Shown here: positions 12,770-25,000 of the stretch, piece after piece
How the letters are laid out: every line of letters begins with the position of its first letter
Numbering within the stretch: position 1 is the first letter of the stretch
Source of the DNA: Eledone cirrhosa
Lineage: Eukaryota
DNA length: 64,000 nucleotides
Assembly: GCA_964016885.1 (NCBI GenBank)
Contig: OZ024744.1
Coordinates: 118,606,001-118,670,000 of the forward strand
Reading direction: 5' to 3'
The notes under the pieces: generated by a model
Told to the model about the DNA's origin: nothing
The model's input: only the letters and a program-made list of their open reading frames with translations
Databases searched by the model: none
Position numbers and translations under genes: made by a program

Positions 12770-12980
12770 CTCGTATACGAGAGACGTGTGTTGACGTGTG
12801 TGAACAAGCTCGGCTACCGAGTCGGATTTACTTACTCAAAAAGTGAGTTTTGATTAATTTTTTTATACTGTAATATACGTTAACCCCTTGCCTTGGTCGT
12901 CAAACTTTGAGTTTATTTATTTTCGCCCCTTTTTGGGGCGAATTTTCCAGTTAAAAATTTATTACGGCAAACTAATAGAA

Positions 12981-14716
12981 ATGGACGGAATTTTCACATC
13001 TCATCCTAACGTGAAAGCCACGCCCCCTAAGAAAGGTGATACAGAGAAGCTAGAAGCACAAGGCTCTAAGTCTTCCCTCCTGACTTCTGCAAAAGAAACA
13101 TGGAACACGGAATTAAAAGAAAAATTTGTAAAAATGGGTGAAAACCCAGAAAGTCACATAAACGCAGACAAAAACAACAACGACAATAACAGCAATAGTC
13201 ACAACACCAACCAAGGAAAAAATAACGATAACACCAAACAAAGCGAACCCACTACTGGTGCCTCCTTTGCACAGGCGGTCCGGAAAACACAAACCTGCAA
13301 GCAACTGGACATTACAACTCTGAGAGAAAAGATGAAGGAAGCGAAACAGTATGTAACTTTCAAAGAAGGAGGAGACTTCACAATCACCTCCCCACAAGAA
13401 ATCAAAAGAGACACGACGCTAAGAACGATATCTTTCAGAACAATTTCCAACATAACAAGGAAACCAACTCAATTATCCCAAAAAGAGATTGAGCTGGTCC
13501 TAAAAAATGTGTGGAGTGATATATCGTTCATACAAAAAGGGCCACTCTATGGGAATATAACGGTCCTAATGAAGGATCAATTGACGGCCAGGAAATACTC
13601 TGTGGCACCAATTGTTTCCAAGCTACATACATTTTTCCCCACATATTTAGGGAAAAGAACGCAGAAGATAAGGGTCTCCGGAATCCGGCCAAATGCATGC
13701 ATTTCCTGGGTACTAACAGGATTTTTAGAAGACGAGGACGGAATCCTCTCAGTAGGAGAAGTCACCACAGACGTTTTCGGCGGTTTGAGCGTGGAGGTTC
13801 TGGTCCAAATGAGACCAGAACGAATAGCTAGAATACCACAGAGGGTGTCCCTCGATGGAGAAACATTTATATACATTTCAGCCGAGGGTAGGAGGCCCAT
13901 ATGTTACTACTGTTCAAGCAGGGGTCATCTAAGGGCTGCTTGTCCTCAATTGACAAAAAAAAGGCTCTTTTGCCTACACCCCACACACCACCACCGCCAC
14001 CACCACCACCACCTCCACCACCACCACCACAACAACAACAAAAACAACAGGGAAAAATAACACAGGACACGGCCCCACCCAAAACAACTCCCAAAACACA
14101 CACAAATACAACAAAACCCCAAAATACACCACTACCCGACAGCACGGACGAGGACCCAGCGGAAACGGCACCTAGTGACGAAGAGGGGGAACCCTTCCAA
14201 CCTGTAAAAAGGAAAAAAAGAAAGCACCACTCGAACATAAACGAAACAAACACACAACCACCAACAAAAACAAAACAAACAGAACAAACAAAATCCGCCC
14301 CACCCCAAAACATAACACATACAACAAAACGTAAGCACACACAAGAACAACAAACAAACACAACACAAATAAAACAGTATACATACATTAACACAAATAA
14401 CAAAGAACTAGTAAAAACAATACACAAAGACCCTTTGGTGGAAACTGAAGGGCAATTCTTTGCAAGCGCGGCCAACAAACCGCAATTAAAAATGATAAGA
14501 CTCCCAATGGACACCTATGCAAAACTAAGAGAGAACTTTCCTGAGGACGTGGGGAAAACATGTACTCGACCCTATAACCGCGTCCTCTTGAAACGTTTCC
14601 CCACCCACACCTCACCAAACACCCCCACTCCACCACAGAACAACACCCCACCAAACAACCCCTCCAATACGCCCATGGATATTGTGCAACCTGCTCCTCA
14701 GGAGCCGAACAGGTAG
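12981..14716 (+). pseudogene. LINE ORF1 (gag-like, CX2CX4HX4C knuckle), -1 frameshift in an A-run
   Basis: ATG 12981; CYYCSSRGHLRAAC; A8 at 13955-13962 versus A9 in copy 2 splits the ORF (real slippage or homopolymer sequencing error). Confidence 0.85.
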
Positions 14717-14737
14717 GTCCTTCCTCTTTTAACCAAC

Positions 14738-17700
14738 ATGGCTGATATAAGAGTTGGGTGTCTGAATGTACGTGGCCTGGGACTGTCTTGGAAACAAGGC
14801 AAACTTTTAAACGATCTCAGGTCGCATAGAATGGATGTAATGGCTATTTGCGAGTCCAGGATCAGCAGCGAGCACCAACTGGCGCCCCTCTTCGACGACT
14901 TTGAGATCTTCGCATCTCTCTGTCAACCGGGGGGTGGGGGTGGAGTTGTCGTTCTGCTGCGAAAACACCTGGGCCTCGCCATACAGAAGGTGCACCTGGA
15001 CCCGGAGGGTCGACTGGTGGTTTTAGACGTCGGCAGTAGTGAAAGTGGAGCCCTTAGACTAATAGCTGTGTACTCCCCTTTTTGGGCAGCGCGGCCGGAA
15101 TACTTCCAACGTCTGGAAACTTTTCTGGGAACGTCCCGCTCCTTGCTTTTAGTGGGGGACTGGAATGGTATCCTGGATGCACGTTGGGACTATGTAGGGG
15201 CATGTGCCAATAGAGGGGGGTGTAAAAGCCTCAAAAGGTTAATCGGCCGATTTGACCTGGCCGATAGATATCGACTAGATTTTCCGACTGTACCACTATG
15301 GACGTGGACCAATCGCAGTGGAACATCTAGGTCGTACCTAGATAGGGTCCTAGTTAGAGAGAACGATAGGGACACATTTAGCTGTCCAAAAATGTTCATG
15401 GTTGACTATTCGGATCACAAGTTAGTGACCTGCATAGCCAACCTTGATAGAACCCATAGACAGGGACCCGGTTACTGGAAGCTGAACTTGTCCTTACCGA
15501 GAAGCAAAGCTTACAGTAAACGGATTAGCACGTTAGTTAAGCAGAGTTTGACAGGGGCAATTGTCAACAACAGGTGGTGGAGCTCTCTTAAGAGAGCAAT
15601 TAGAATAGAATCGATAGGTTTTAGTCAGGAATTAGCAAGGGATAGGAACAAGACGGAAAGGGAATTAGTAGATAGAGTAGAAGAGGCGATTAGGAGTGGC
15701 AATGTAGCCGGCGTGCTGGCATCAAGAATGGCCTTAGACCAGTTCTTTGAGGTGAAGCATGAAGGCTGCGTTGTCAGGAGTAAAATACGTGCTCTGGGTA
15801 ATGAGGGAGCCAAAGCTGTGAGCTGGGCCCGAGTGACAGAGGCAAAAAGTGGGAACAAGTCCACGATTCGGTCTTTGAAGGACCAGGATGGGCGTGTGAT
15901 CCTTGAACCTGGGCAGATGTGTGCGGCCTTTCAGCGGCACTTTGCACGACTGTTCGAGAGGGGCGGCGCGCCGGGTGAGACTATGGATTTCAATCCATAC
16001 CTCGACGGTCTGCCGCGCCTCTCGGACGCGGAGGCGAAGTCCTGCGAAAGGACGATTTCAGCTGCTGAGATAGGGGCGGCGCTGAGCCAATGCGGCAAAC
16101 GCAAATCCCCGGGTCTCGATGGTCTACCATACGAGCTATATGTAGCGATGCCGGACTTGTTCTCCGATATCCTCGAAGCGGTCTACTGCAACTGGCAGCA
16201 GAACGGGAGAATTCCCAGTTCTGTGACCAAGGGCGTAGTTACGCTGGTGAGGAAGGATGAGAACAAGGGGGATGACATAAGTAACTTCAGGCCCATAACA
16301 CTGCTAAATACAGAGTTAAAGATTTTGGCCAAGGTGTTAGCGAAGAGGTTGGCGCTTGTCGTTGGAAACCTGGTGGGAGAAGCGCAGACATGCGCAATCC
16401 CGTCCAGGTCCATTCACGACAATCTCCACCTTATGCGATACATCATAGAGAGGGTAGGGAATGAACACGGCTTTGGTGGGGCCCTGATCAACTTGGATCA
16501 ATCTAAAGATTTCAATAGGGTTGACCATCGTTACCTGGATGCGGTGCTCGCGGCGGCAGGCTTCGGACCCGTTTTCAGGGGTTGGATTGCTGCGATGCAC
16601 AGCAGCAACGTCTGCTCAAGGGTCAAGGTGAACGGCCACCTCTCGGAGCCGTTCCAAATCATGCGATCCATCCGACAGGGATGCCCTCTCTCCTCCCTAC
16701 TGTATGTGCTGGCTCTTGAGCCACTACTGCGGAAGTTGGAGCGGTTGCAGGGCATCCCTTTGGAACCGGGATTGCAGAAAGCGGCGTCGGCCTACGCAGA
16801 TGACGTGACAGTAATGGTGTCGAAAACCTCGCAAATCGGTGAGATCGGCACCTTACTGGAGGAATATGAAAGGTTTACAGGAGCCAAGCTGAACCGGGAC
16901 AAGTCCGTCGGTTTGCAACTCGGAACATGGAGAGGCAAACCGATGCCCTCCAACGACGTCGTCGGACGCTGGACGGAGGGCCCGGTGAAGCTGCTTGGGG
17001 TCTGGTTCGGACCAGACCTCCAGGTGGAGAAAAACTGGAACGAGGTAACGGCCAGGGTGTTTGCACTCACCCAGAAGTGGGCCCAGTGCAAACTATCCCT
17101 GAAAGGTCGAGCGGAGGTGGCGAATATTTATATAGCATCCGTCATCTACTACCGCTTGACCGTCGTGCCTTGCCCAGTGAAAAGACTCGCCAAAATGGAG
17201 TGCGCGCTGTTCCAATTTCTTTGGAACAAGCGGACCCCTTTGGTGAGGAGATCCATCTGCTGTCAACACCCTTCGAAAGGAGGGCTGGGGATGCCGTGGC
17301 TACAGATGCGTAAACACGCATTAAGGCTACGGCACCTCCAGGTATTCCTCACCGGTCAACCGGTGTGGGCCCCGTTTGTGAGGCGAGCCTTTCCCAGACT
17401 CGTCTCGCTCACCGAGCTGCAATCCTGGGTCAAGCAAAGACCGAGAAAAGTGGGCGACTGGCACATTGAATGTGCCCAGGCGCTCACGGCCCTCTGGAAA
17501 GCGGACCCGGCAATCAGTGGAGACTCCACGTCGACATTCTATAGAGGGTTGGTACGCAGCAGGTGCGACGATGCTCTCGGAGAAGCTCTAGGCATGGAGG
17601 AAGATGAACTGGCCAGTCTGTTCGGTAGGACGTTTGGCCCTGGACCGATGGACAACTTCCAAAAGTCCCTGGCTTGGCAGTGCTACCGAGGGGCTCTACC

Positions 17701-18175
17701 CGTTCGAGACAAGCTCCACAGGCATGGGAGCCTGGGTAGAGATCCTTTGAATAAGATCTGTCCGAGATGCGTGCATGATGACGAAACCGTTGCGCACGCA
17801 TTCGTACACTGCCCAGGCATTGCTGACCTGTGGGGCTATGTGGAACGACTACTGTCGAGGGTGGGACCAATCCGGTTGACCACCGAGTCCATTGTCACGA
17901 TCAAACCGCCTCCCCCTTTCAAAAACGAAGGAGAGGCGGTTTTTCTCTGTGTGGTAGCCATGGCTAAAGAAGTTGTATGGTGGACGAGGCTGAAAGGGCT
18001 GAGGTCAGACACCTTTCTCTCCGGCCAACAACTGGTCCCCTTTTTCAAATACCATTTTAAAAGAAGGATCAGAATGGAGAGAGAGGTGCTCTACCCCAGC
18101 AAGTTTTATGAAAGGTGGGTGAAAGTAGGGAGAATGGCCAGAGTGAATGGGTCTTCTCTCTATATCAGCCTGTAG
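14738..18175 (+). CDS. LINE ORF2: APE endonuclease, reverse transcriptase, C-terminal CCHC (1145 aa)
   Basis: APE motifs LNVRGL, GDWN, YLDRV, YSDH; RT motifs SPGLDG, NFRPITLLN, RQGCPL, YADD; LSLKGR, GGLG and CPRC..ETVAHAFVHC typical of Tx1/L1. Confidence 0.95.
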   Translation: MADIRVGCLNVRGLGLSWKQGKLLNDLRSHRMDVMAICESRISSEHQLAPLFDDFEIFASLCQPGGGGGVVVLLRKHLGLAIQKVHLDPEGRLVVLDVGSSESGALRLIAVYSPFWAARPEYFQRLETFLGTSRSLLLVGDWNGILDARWDYVGACANRGGCKSLKRLIGRFDLADRYRLDFPTVPLWTWTNRSGTSRSYLDRVLVRENDRDTFSCPKMFMVDYSDHKLVTCIANLDRTHRQGPGYWKLNLSLPRSKAYSKRISTLVKQSLTGAIVNNRWWSSLKRAIRIESIGFSQELARDRNKTERELVDRVEEAIRSGNVAGVLASRMALDQFFEVKHEGCVVRSKIRALGNEGAKAVSWARVTEAKSGNKSTIRSLKDQDGRVILEPGQMCAAFQRHFARLFERGGAPGETMDFNPYLDGLPRLSDAEAKSCERTISAAEIGAALSQCGKRKSPGLDGLPYELYVAMPDLFSDILEAVYCNWQQNGRIPSSVTKGVVTLVRKDENKGDDISNFRPITLLNTELKILAKVLAKRLALVVGNLVGEAQTCAIPSRSIHDNLHLMRYIIERVGNEHGFGGALINLDQSKDFNRVDHRYLDAVLAAAGFGPVFRGWIAAMHSSNVCSRVKVNGHLSEPFQIMRSIRQGCPLSSLLYVLALEPLLRKLERLQGIPLEPGLQKAASAYADDVTVMVSKTSQIGEIGTLLEEYERFTGAKLNRDKSVGLQLGTWRGKPMPSNDVVGRWTEGPVKLLGVWFGPDLQVEKNWNEVTARVFALTQKWAQCKLSLKGRAEVANIYIASVIYYRLTVVPCPVKRLAKMECALFQFLWNKRTPLVRRSICCQHPSKGGLGMPWLQMRKHALRLRHLQVFLTGQPVWAPFVRRAFPRLVSLTELQSWVKQRPRKVGDWHIECAQALTALWKADPAISGDSTSTFYRGLVRSRCDDALGEALGMEEDELASLFGRTFGPGPMDNFQKSLAWQCYRGALPVRDKLHRHGSLGRDPLNKICPRCVHDDETVAHAFVHCPGIADLWGYVERLLSRVGPIRLTTESIVTIKPPPPFKNEGEAVFLCVVAMAKEVVWWTRLKGLRSDTFLSGQQLVPFFKYHFKRRIRMEREVLYPSKFYERWVKVGRMARVNGSSLYISL

Positions 18176-18412
18176 GTGAAAGAAGAGGAAAAAGAGGAGA
18201 CGAGGGAAGCACCTACTCTTTGTGCTCCTGAGGAGAAGGGTTACACATTTTTTCCGGGGTGTGTGCGACCCATGTTAATGCCCCCTCCCTATTGAGGACT
18301 TCGTTTGTTGTTGTTATTTCATTGTTATATTTTTGTACTCATTAATTATATGTAAACTTCCCCCCTTGTATCTGTCCCTACCTTTTGTGCCCTAGTGGCA
18401 AATAAAGAAACC

Positions 18413-19038
18413 ACTCTATATATACTATTGTATTTTCACAGTAAAGGCTTTACCTCACATAACATTTACATTACTCTATATATACTATTGTATTTTCACA
18501 GTAAAGGTTTTACCTCACATAATACCTCACATAACATTTACATTACTCTATATATACTATTGTGTTTTCACAGTAAAGTCTTTACCTGACATATTATTTC
18601 ACATAACATTTACATTACTCTATATATATACCATTGTGTTTTCACAGTAAAGTCTTTACCTCACATAATATCTCACATAACATTTACATTACTCTATATA
18701 TACTATTGTGTTTTCACAGTAAATGCTTTATCTCACATAGCATTTACAGTACTCTATATATATTATCACATCTTCACAGTTTAAGGCTTTAGCTCCCATA
18801 ATATCTCACTTAACATTTACATTACTCTATATATACTATTGTATTTTCACAATAAAGGCTTTACCTCACATAATATCTCACATAACATTTACATTACTCT
18901 ATATATACTATTGTATGTTCACAGTAAAGGCTTTACCTCACATAATATCTCACATAACATTTATGTTACTCTATGTATACTATTGTATTTTCACAGTAAA
19001 GCCTTTACATCACATAATATCTCACACAACATTTACAT
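18413..19038. repeat. 72-bp satellite, right of LINE copy 1
   Basis: Same unit resumes at ACTCTATATATACTATTG. Confidence 0.95.
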
Positions 19039-19040
19039 CA

Positions 19041-22000
19041 TTTTGTTGTGACATCTACATGACCACTTTACAGTGTGGACTGGCTACATTTTGTTGTGAG
19101 ACGAAGATGACAACTTTAGTTTTTATTTGGTACTTTTTATCGATGACCACTTTACAATGTGGACTGGGTACTTTTTGTTGTGACAGCTACATAACCACTT
19201 TAGTTTGTACTGGGTAACTTTGTTGTGACTCCTACATGACCACTTTGCAGTGTGTACACGTTACTTTTTGTTGTGACATCTACATGACCACTTTACAGTG
19301 TGGACTGGGTGTTTTTTGTCATGACACCTTCATGACCACTTTACAGTGTGTACTGGGTATATTTTGTTGTGACATCAACATGACCACTTTACAGTGTGTA
19401 CGGGGTACTTTTTGTTTTGACACATACATGAGCACTTTACAGTGTCTACTAGGTACTTGTTGTTGTTACACCTACATGACTACTTTACAGTGTGTACTGG
19501 GTACTTTTTGTTGTGACACCTACATGACGACTTTACAGGGTGTAGTGTGTACTTTTTGTTGTGACACCTACATGACCACTTTACAGTGTGGACTGGGTAC
19601 TTTTTGGTGTGACAGCTACATGACCACTTTACAGTGTACTGTGTACTTTTTGGTGTGACACCTACATGACCACTTTACAGTGTACTGTGTACTTTTTGTT
19701 GTGACATCTACATGACCACTTTACAGTTGTTGTGTACCTACGTAACCACTTTACAGTTGTTGTGTACCTACGTAACCACTCTACAGTGTGGACTGGTTAT
19801 CTTTTGTTGTGACACTTACATGACCACTTTACAGAGTGTACTGGGTACTTTTTGTTGTGACACCTACATGACCACTTTACAGTGTGTACTGGGTACTTTT
19901 TGTTGTGACACCTACATGACCACTTTACAGTGTGTACTGGGTACTTTTTGTTGTGACACCTACATGATCTCTTTACAGTGTGTACTGGGTACTTTTTGTT
20001 GTGACACCTACATAACCACTTTACAGTATGTACTGGGTAGTTTCTGTTGTGACACATACATAACCCCTTTACAGTGTGTACTGGGTACTTTTTGTTGTGA
20101 CACCTACATGACCACCTTACAGTATGTACTGTGTACTTTTTGTTGTGACATCTACATGACCACTTTACAAGGTGTACTGGGTAATTTTTGTTGAGACACC
20201 TACATGATCCCTTTACAGTGTATACTGGGTACTTTTTGTTGTGATACCTACATGACCACTTTACAGTGTGTACTGTGTACTTTTTGTTGTGACACCTACA
20301 TGACCACTTTACAGTGTGTACTGGGTACTTTTTGTTGTGACACCTACTTGACGACTTTACAGTGTGTACTGGGTACTTTTTATCGTGACACCTACATGAC
20401 CACATTACAGTTTGTACTGGGTACTTTTTGTTGTGACACCTACATGACCACTTTGCAGTGTGTACTGGGTACTTTTTGTTGTGACATCTACATGACCACC
20501 TTACAGTGTGGACTGGGTTCTTTTTGTTGTGACACCTACATGACCACTTTACAGTGTGTACTGGGTACTTTTTGTTGTGACATCTACATGACCACCTTAC
20601 AGTGTGGACTGGGTTCTTTTTGTTATAACACCAACATAACCACTTTACAGAGTATACTGGGTACTTTTTGTCATAACATCCACATGACCACCTTAGTGTA
20701 TGTACTGGGTACTTTTTGTTGTGACAGCTACATAACCACTTTACAGTGTGTACTGGGTACTTTTTGTTGTGACACCTACATGACCACCTTACAGTATGTA
20801 CTGTGTACTTTTTGTTGTGACACCTACATGACCAGTTTACAGTGTGTACTGGGTACTTTTTGTTGTGACATCTACATGACCACCTTACAGTGTGGACTGG
20901 GTTCTTTTTGTTATGACACCATGACCACTTTACAGTGTGTACTGGGTACTTTTTGTTGTGACATCTACATGACCACTTTACAGTGTGGACTGTGACCTTT
21001 TTGTCATGTCACCTACATGACCACTTGACAGTGTGTACTGGGTACTTTTTGTTGTGACACTTACATGACCACTGTACAATGTGTACTGGTTACTTTTTGT
21101 TGTGACACCTACATGACCACTTTACAGTGTGTACTGGGTACTTTTTGTTGTGACATCTACATGACCACGTTATAGTGTGGACTGGGTTCTTTTTGTTGTG
21201 ACACCGACATGACCACTTTACAGTGTGTACTGGGTACTTTTTGTTGTGACACCGACATGACCACTTTACAGTGTGTACTGGGTACATTTTGTTGTGACAC
21301 CGATATAACCACTTTACAGTGTGTACTGGGTACTTTTTGTCATAACATCCACATGACCACCTTACTGTATGTACTGGGTACTTTTTGTTGTGACATCTAC
21401 ATGACCACTTTACAGTGTGTACTGGGTTCTTTTTGTTGTGACACCTACATGACCATTTTACAGTGTGGACTGGGTACTTTTTGTTGTGACATCTACATGA
21501 CCACCTTACGGTGTGGACTGGGTTCTTTTTGTTATGACACCGACATGACCACTTTACAGTGTGTACTGGGTACTTTTTGTTGTGACATCTACATGACCAC
21601 TTTACAGTGTGGACTGTGACCTTTTTGTCATGTCACCTACATGACCACTTTACAGTGTGTACTGGGTTCTTTTTCTTGTGACACCTACATGACCACTTTA
21701 CAGTGTGTACTGGGTACTTTTTGTTGTGACATCTACATGACCACCTTACAGTGTGGACTGGGTTCTTTTTGTTATGTCACCGACATGACCACTTTACAGT
21801 GTGTACTGGGTACTTTTTGTTGTGACATCTACATGACCACTTTACAGTGTGGACTGTGACCTTTTTGTCATGTTACCTACATGACCACTTTACAGTGTGT
21901 ACTGGGTACTTTTTGTTGTGACAGTTACATGACCACTGTACAATGTGTACTGGTTACTTTTTGTTGTGACACCTACTTGACGACTTTACAGTGTGTACTG

Positions 22001-25000
22001 GGTACTTTTTATCGTGACACCTACATGAACACATTACAGTTTGTACTGGGTACTTTTTGTTGTGACACCTACATGACCACTTTGCAGTGTGTACTGGGTA
22101 CTTTTTGTTGTGACATCTACATGACCACCTTACAGTGTGGACTGGGTTCTTTTTGTTGTGACACCTACATGACCACTTTACAGTGTGTACTGGGTACTTT
22201 TTGTTGTGACATCTACATGACCACCTTACAGTGTGGACTGGGTTCTTTTTGTTATAACACCAACATAACCACTTTACAGTGTGTACTGGGTACTTTTTGT
22301 CATAACATCCACATGACCACCTTACTGTATGTACTGGGTACTTTTTGTTGTGACAGCTACATAACCACTTTACAGTGTGTACTGGGTACTTTTTGTTGTG
22401 ACACCTACATGACCACCTTGCAGTATGTACTGTGTACTTTTTGTTGTGACACCTACATGACCACTTTACAGTGTGTACTGGGTACTTTTTGTTGTGACAT
22501 CTACATGAACACCTTACAGTGTGGACTGGGTTCTTTTTGTTATGAGAGCATGACCACTTTACAGTGTGTACTGGGTACTTTTTGTTGTGACATCTACATG
22601 ACCACTTTACAGTGTGGACTGTGACCTTTTTGTCATGTCACCTACATGACCACTTGACAGTGTGTACTGGGTACTTTTTGTTGTGACACTTACATGACCA
22701 CTGTACAATGTGTACTGGTTACTTTTTGTTGTGACACCTACATGACCACTTTACAGTGTGTACTGGGTACTTTTTGTTGTGACATCTACATGACCACGTT
22801 ATAGTGTGGACAGGGTTCTTTTTGTTGTGACACCGACATGAACACTTTACAGTGTGTACTGGGTACTTTTTGTTGTGACACCGACATGACCACTTTACAG
22901 TGTGTACTGGGTACATTTTGTTGTGACACCGACATAACCACTTTACAGTGTGTACTGGGTACTTTTTGTCATAACATCCACATGACCACCTTACTGTATG
23001 TACTGGGTACTTTTTGTTGTGACATCTACATGACCACTTTACAGTGTGGACTGTGACCTTTTTGTCATGTCACCTACATGACCACTTTACAGTGTGTACT
23101 GGGTACTTTTTGTTGTGACATCTACATGGCCACCTTATAGTGTGGACTGGGTTCTTTTTGTTATGACACCGACATAACCACTTTACAGTGTGTACTGGGT
23201 ACTTTTTGTCATAACATCCACATGACCACCTTACTGTATGTACTGGGTACTTTTTGTTGTGACATCTACATGACCATCTTACAGTGTGGACTGGGTTCTT
23301 TTTGTTATGACACCGACATGACCACTTTACAGTGTGTACTGGGTACTTTTTGTTGTGACGTCTACATGACCACTTTACAGTGTGTACTGGGTTCTTTTTG
23401 TTATGACACCGACATGACCACTTTACAGTGTGTACTGGGTACTTTTTGTTGTGACATCTACATGACCACTTTATAGTGTGTACTGGGTACTTTTTGTCAT
23501 AACATCCACATGACCACCTTACTGTATGTACTGGGTACTTTTTGTTGTGACAGCTACATAACCACTTTACGGTGTGTACTGGGTACTTTTTGTTGTGACA
23601 CCTACATGACCACCTTACAGTATGTACTGTGTACTTTTTGTTGTGACACCTACATGCCCACTTTACAAGGTGTACTGGGTTCTTTTTGTTGTGACACCTA
23701 CATGACCCCTTTACAGTGTATACTGGGTACTTTTTGTTGTGATACCTACATGACCACTTTACAGTGTGTACTGTGTACTTTTTGTTGTGACACCTACATG
23801 ACCACTTCACAGTGTGTACTGGGTACTTTTTGTTGTGACACCTACTTGACCACTTTACAGTGTGTACTGGGTACTTTTTATCGTGACACCTACATGACCA
23901 CTTTACAGTGTGTACTGGGTACTTTTTGTTGTGACACCTACATGACCACTTTGCAGTGTGTACTGGGTACTTTTTGTTGTGACATCTACATGACCACCTT
24001 ACAGTGTGGACTGGGTTCTTTTTGTTATGACACCTACATGACCACATTACAGTTTGTACTGGGTACTTTTTGTTGTGACACCTACATGACCACTTTGCAG
24101 TGTGTACTGGGTACTTTTTGTTGTGACATCTACATGACCACCTTACAGTGTGGACTGGGTTCTTTTTGTTGTGACACCTGCATGACCACTTTACAGTGTG
24201 TACTGGGTACTTTTTGTTGTGACATCTACATGACCACCTTACAGTGTGGACTGGGTTCTTTTTGTTATAACACCAACATAAGCACTTTACAGTGTGTACT
24301 GGGTACTTTTTGTCATAACATCCACATGACCACCTTACTGTATGTACTGGGTACTTTTTGTTGTGACAGCTACATAACCACTTTACAGTGTGTACTGGGT
24401 ACTTTTTGTTGTGACACCTTCATGACCACCTTACAGTATGTACTGTGTACTTTTTGTTGTGACACCTACATGACCACTTTACAGTGTGTACTGGGTACTT
24501 TCTGTTGTGACATCTACATGACCACCTTACAGTGTGGACTGGGTTCTTTTTGTTATGACACCATGACCACTTTACAGTGTGTACTGGGTACTTTTTGTTG
24601 TGACACCTACATGACCACTTTACAGTGTGTACTGGGTACTTTTTGTTGTGACATCTACATGACCACGTTATAGTGTGGACTGGGTTCTTTTTGTTGTGAC
24701 ACCGACATGACCACTTTACAGTGTGGACTGGGTACTTTTTGTTGTGACACCGACATGACCACTTTACAGTGTGTACTGGGTACATTTTGTTGTGACACCG
24801 ACATAACCACTTTACAGTGTGTACTGGGTACTTTTTGTCATAACATCCACATGACCACCTTACTGTATGTACTGGGTACTTTTTGTTGTGACATCTACAT
24901 GACCACTTTACAGTGTGTACTGTGTTCTTTTTGTTGTGACACCTACATGACCACTTTACAGTGTGTACTGGGTACTTTTTGTTGTGACATCTACATGACC

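Larger units (their letters stand above)
12770..18412 (+). mobile_element. Full-length Tx1/L1-group non-LTR retrotransposon, copy 1 (~5.64 kb)
   Basis: 5' UTR, ORF1 with CCHC knuckle, 21-nt spacer, ORF2 APE+RT+CCHC, 3' UTR ending AATAAAGAAA; interrupts the 72-bp satellite. Confidence 0.95.

Noticed and set aside
10469-12846. Long 24-aa-repeat ORFs
   Set aside because: Translation of a 72-bp satellite; open in two frames, non-ATG starts, and a 2-bp slip swaps frames.
12888-12980. TTG-initiated N-terminal extension of ORF1 (also 44199-44291)
   Set aside because: First ATG at 12981/44292 is the more plausible start; the upstream part is T-rich 5' UTR.
13113-18048. Many short antisense/alternate-frame ORFs in the LINEs (also 44424-49351)
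   Set aside because: Shadows of ORF1/ORF2; duplicated only because the element is duplicated.
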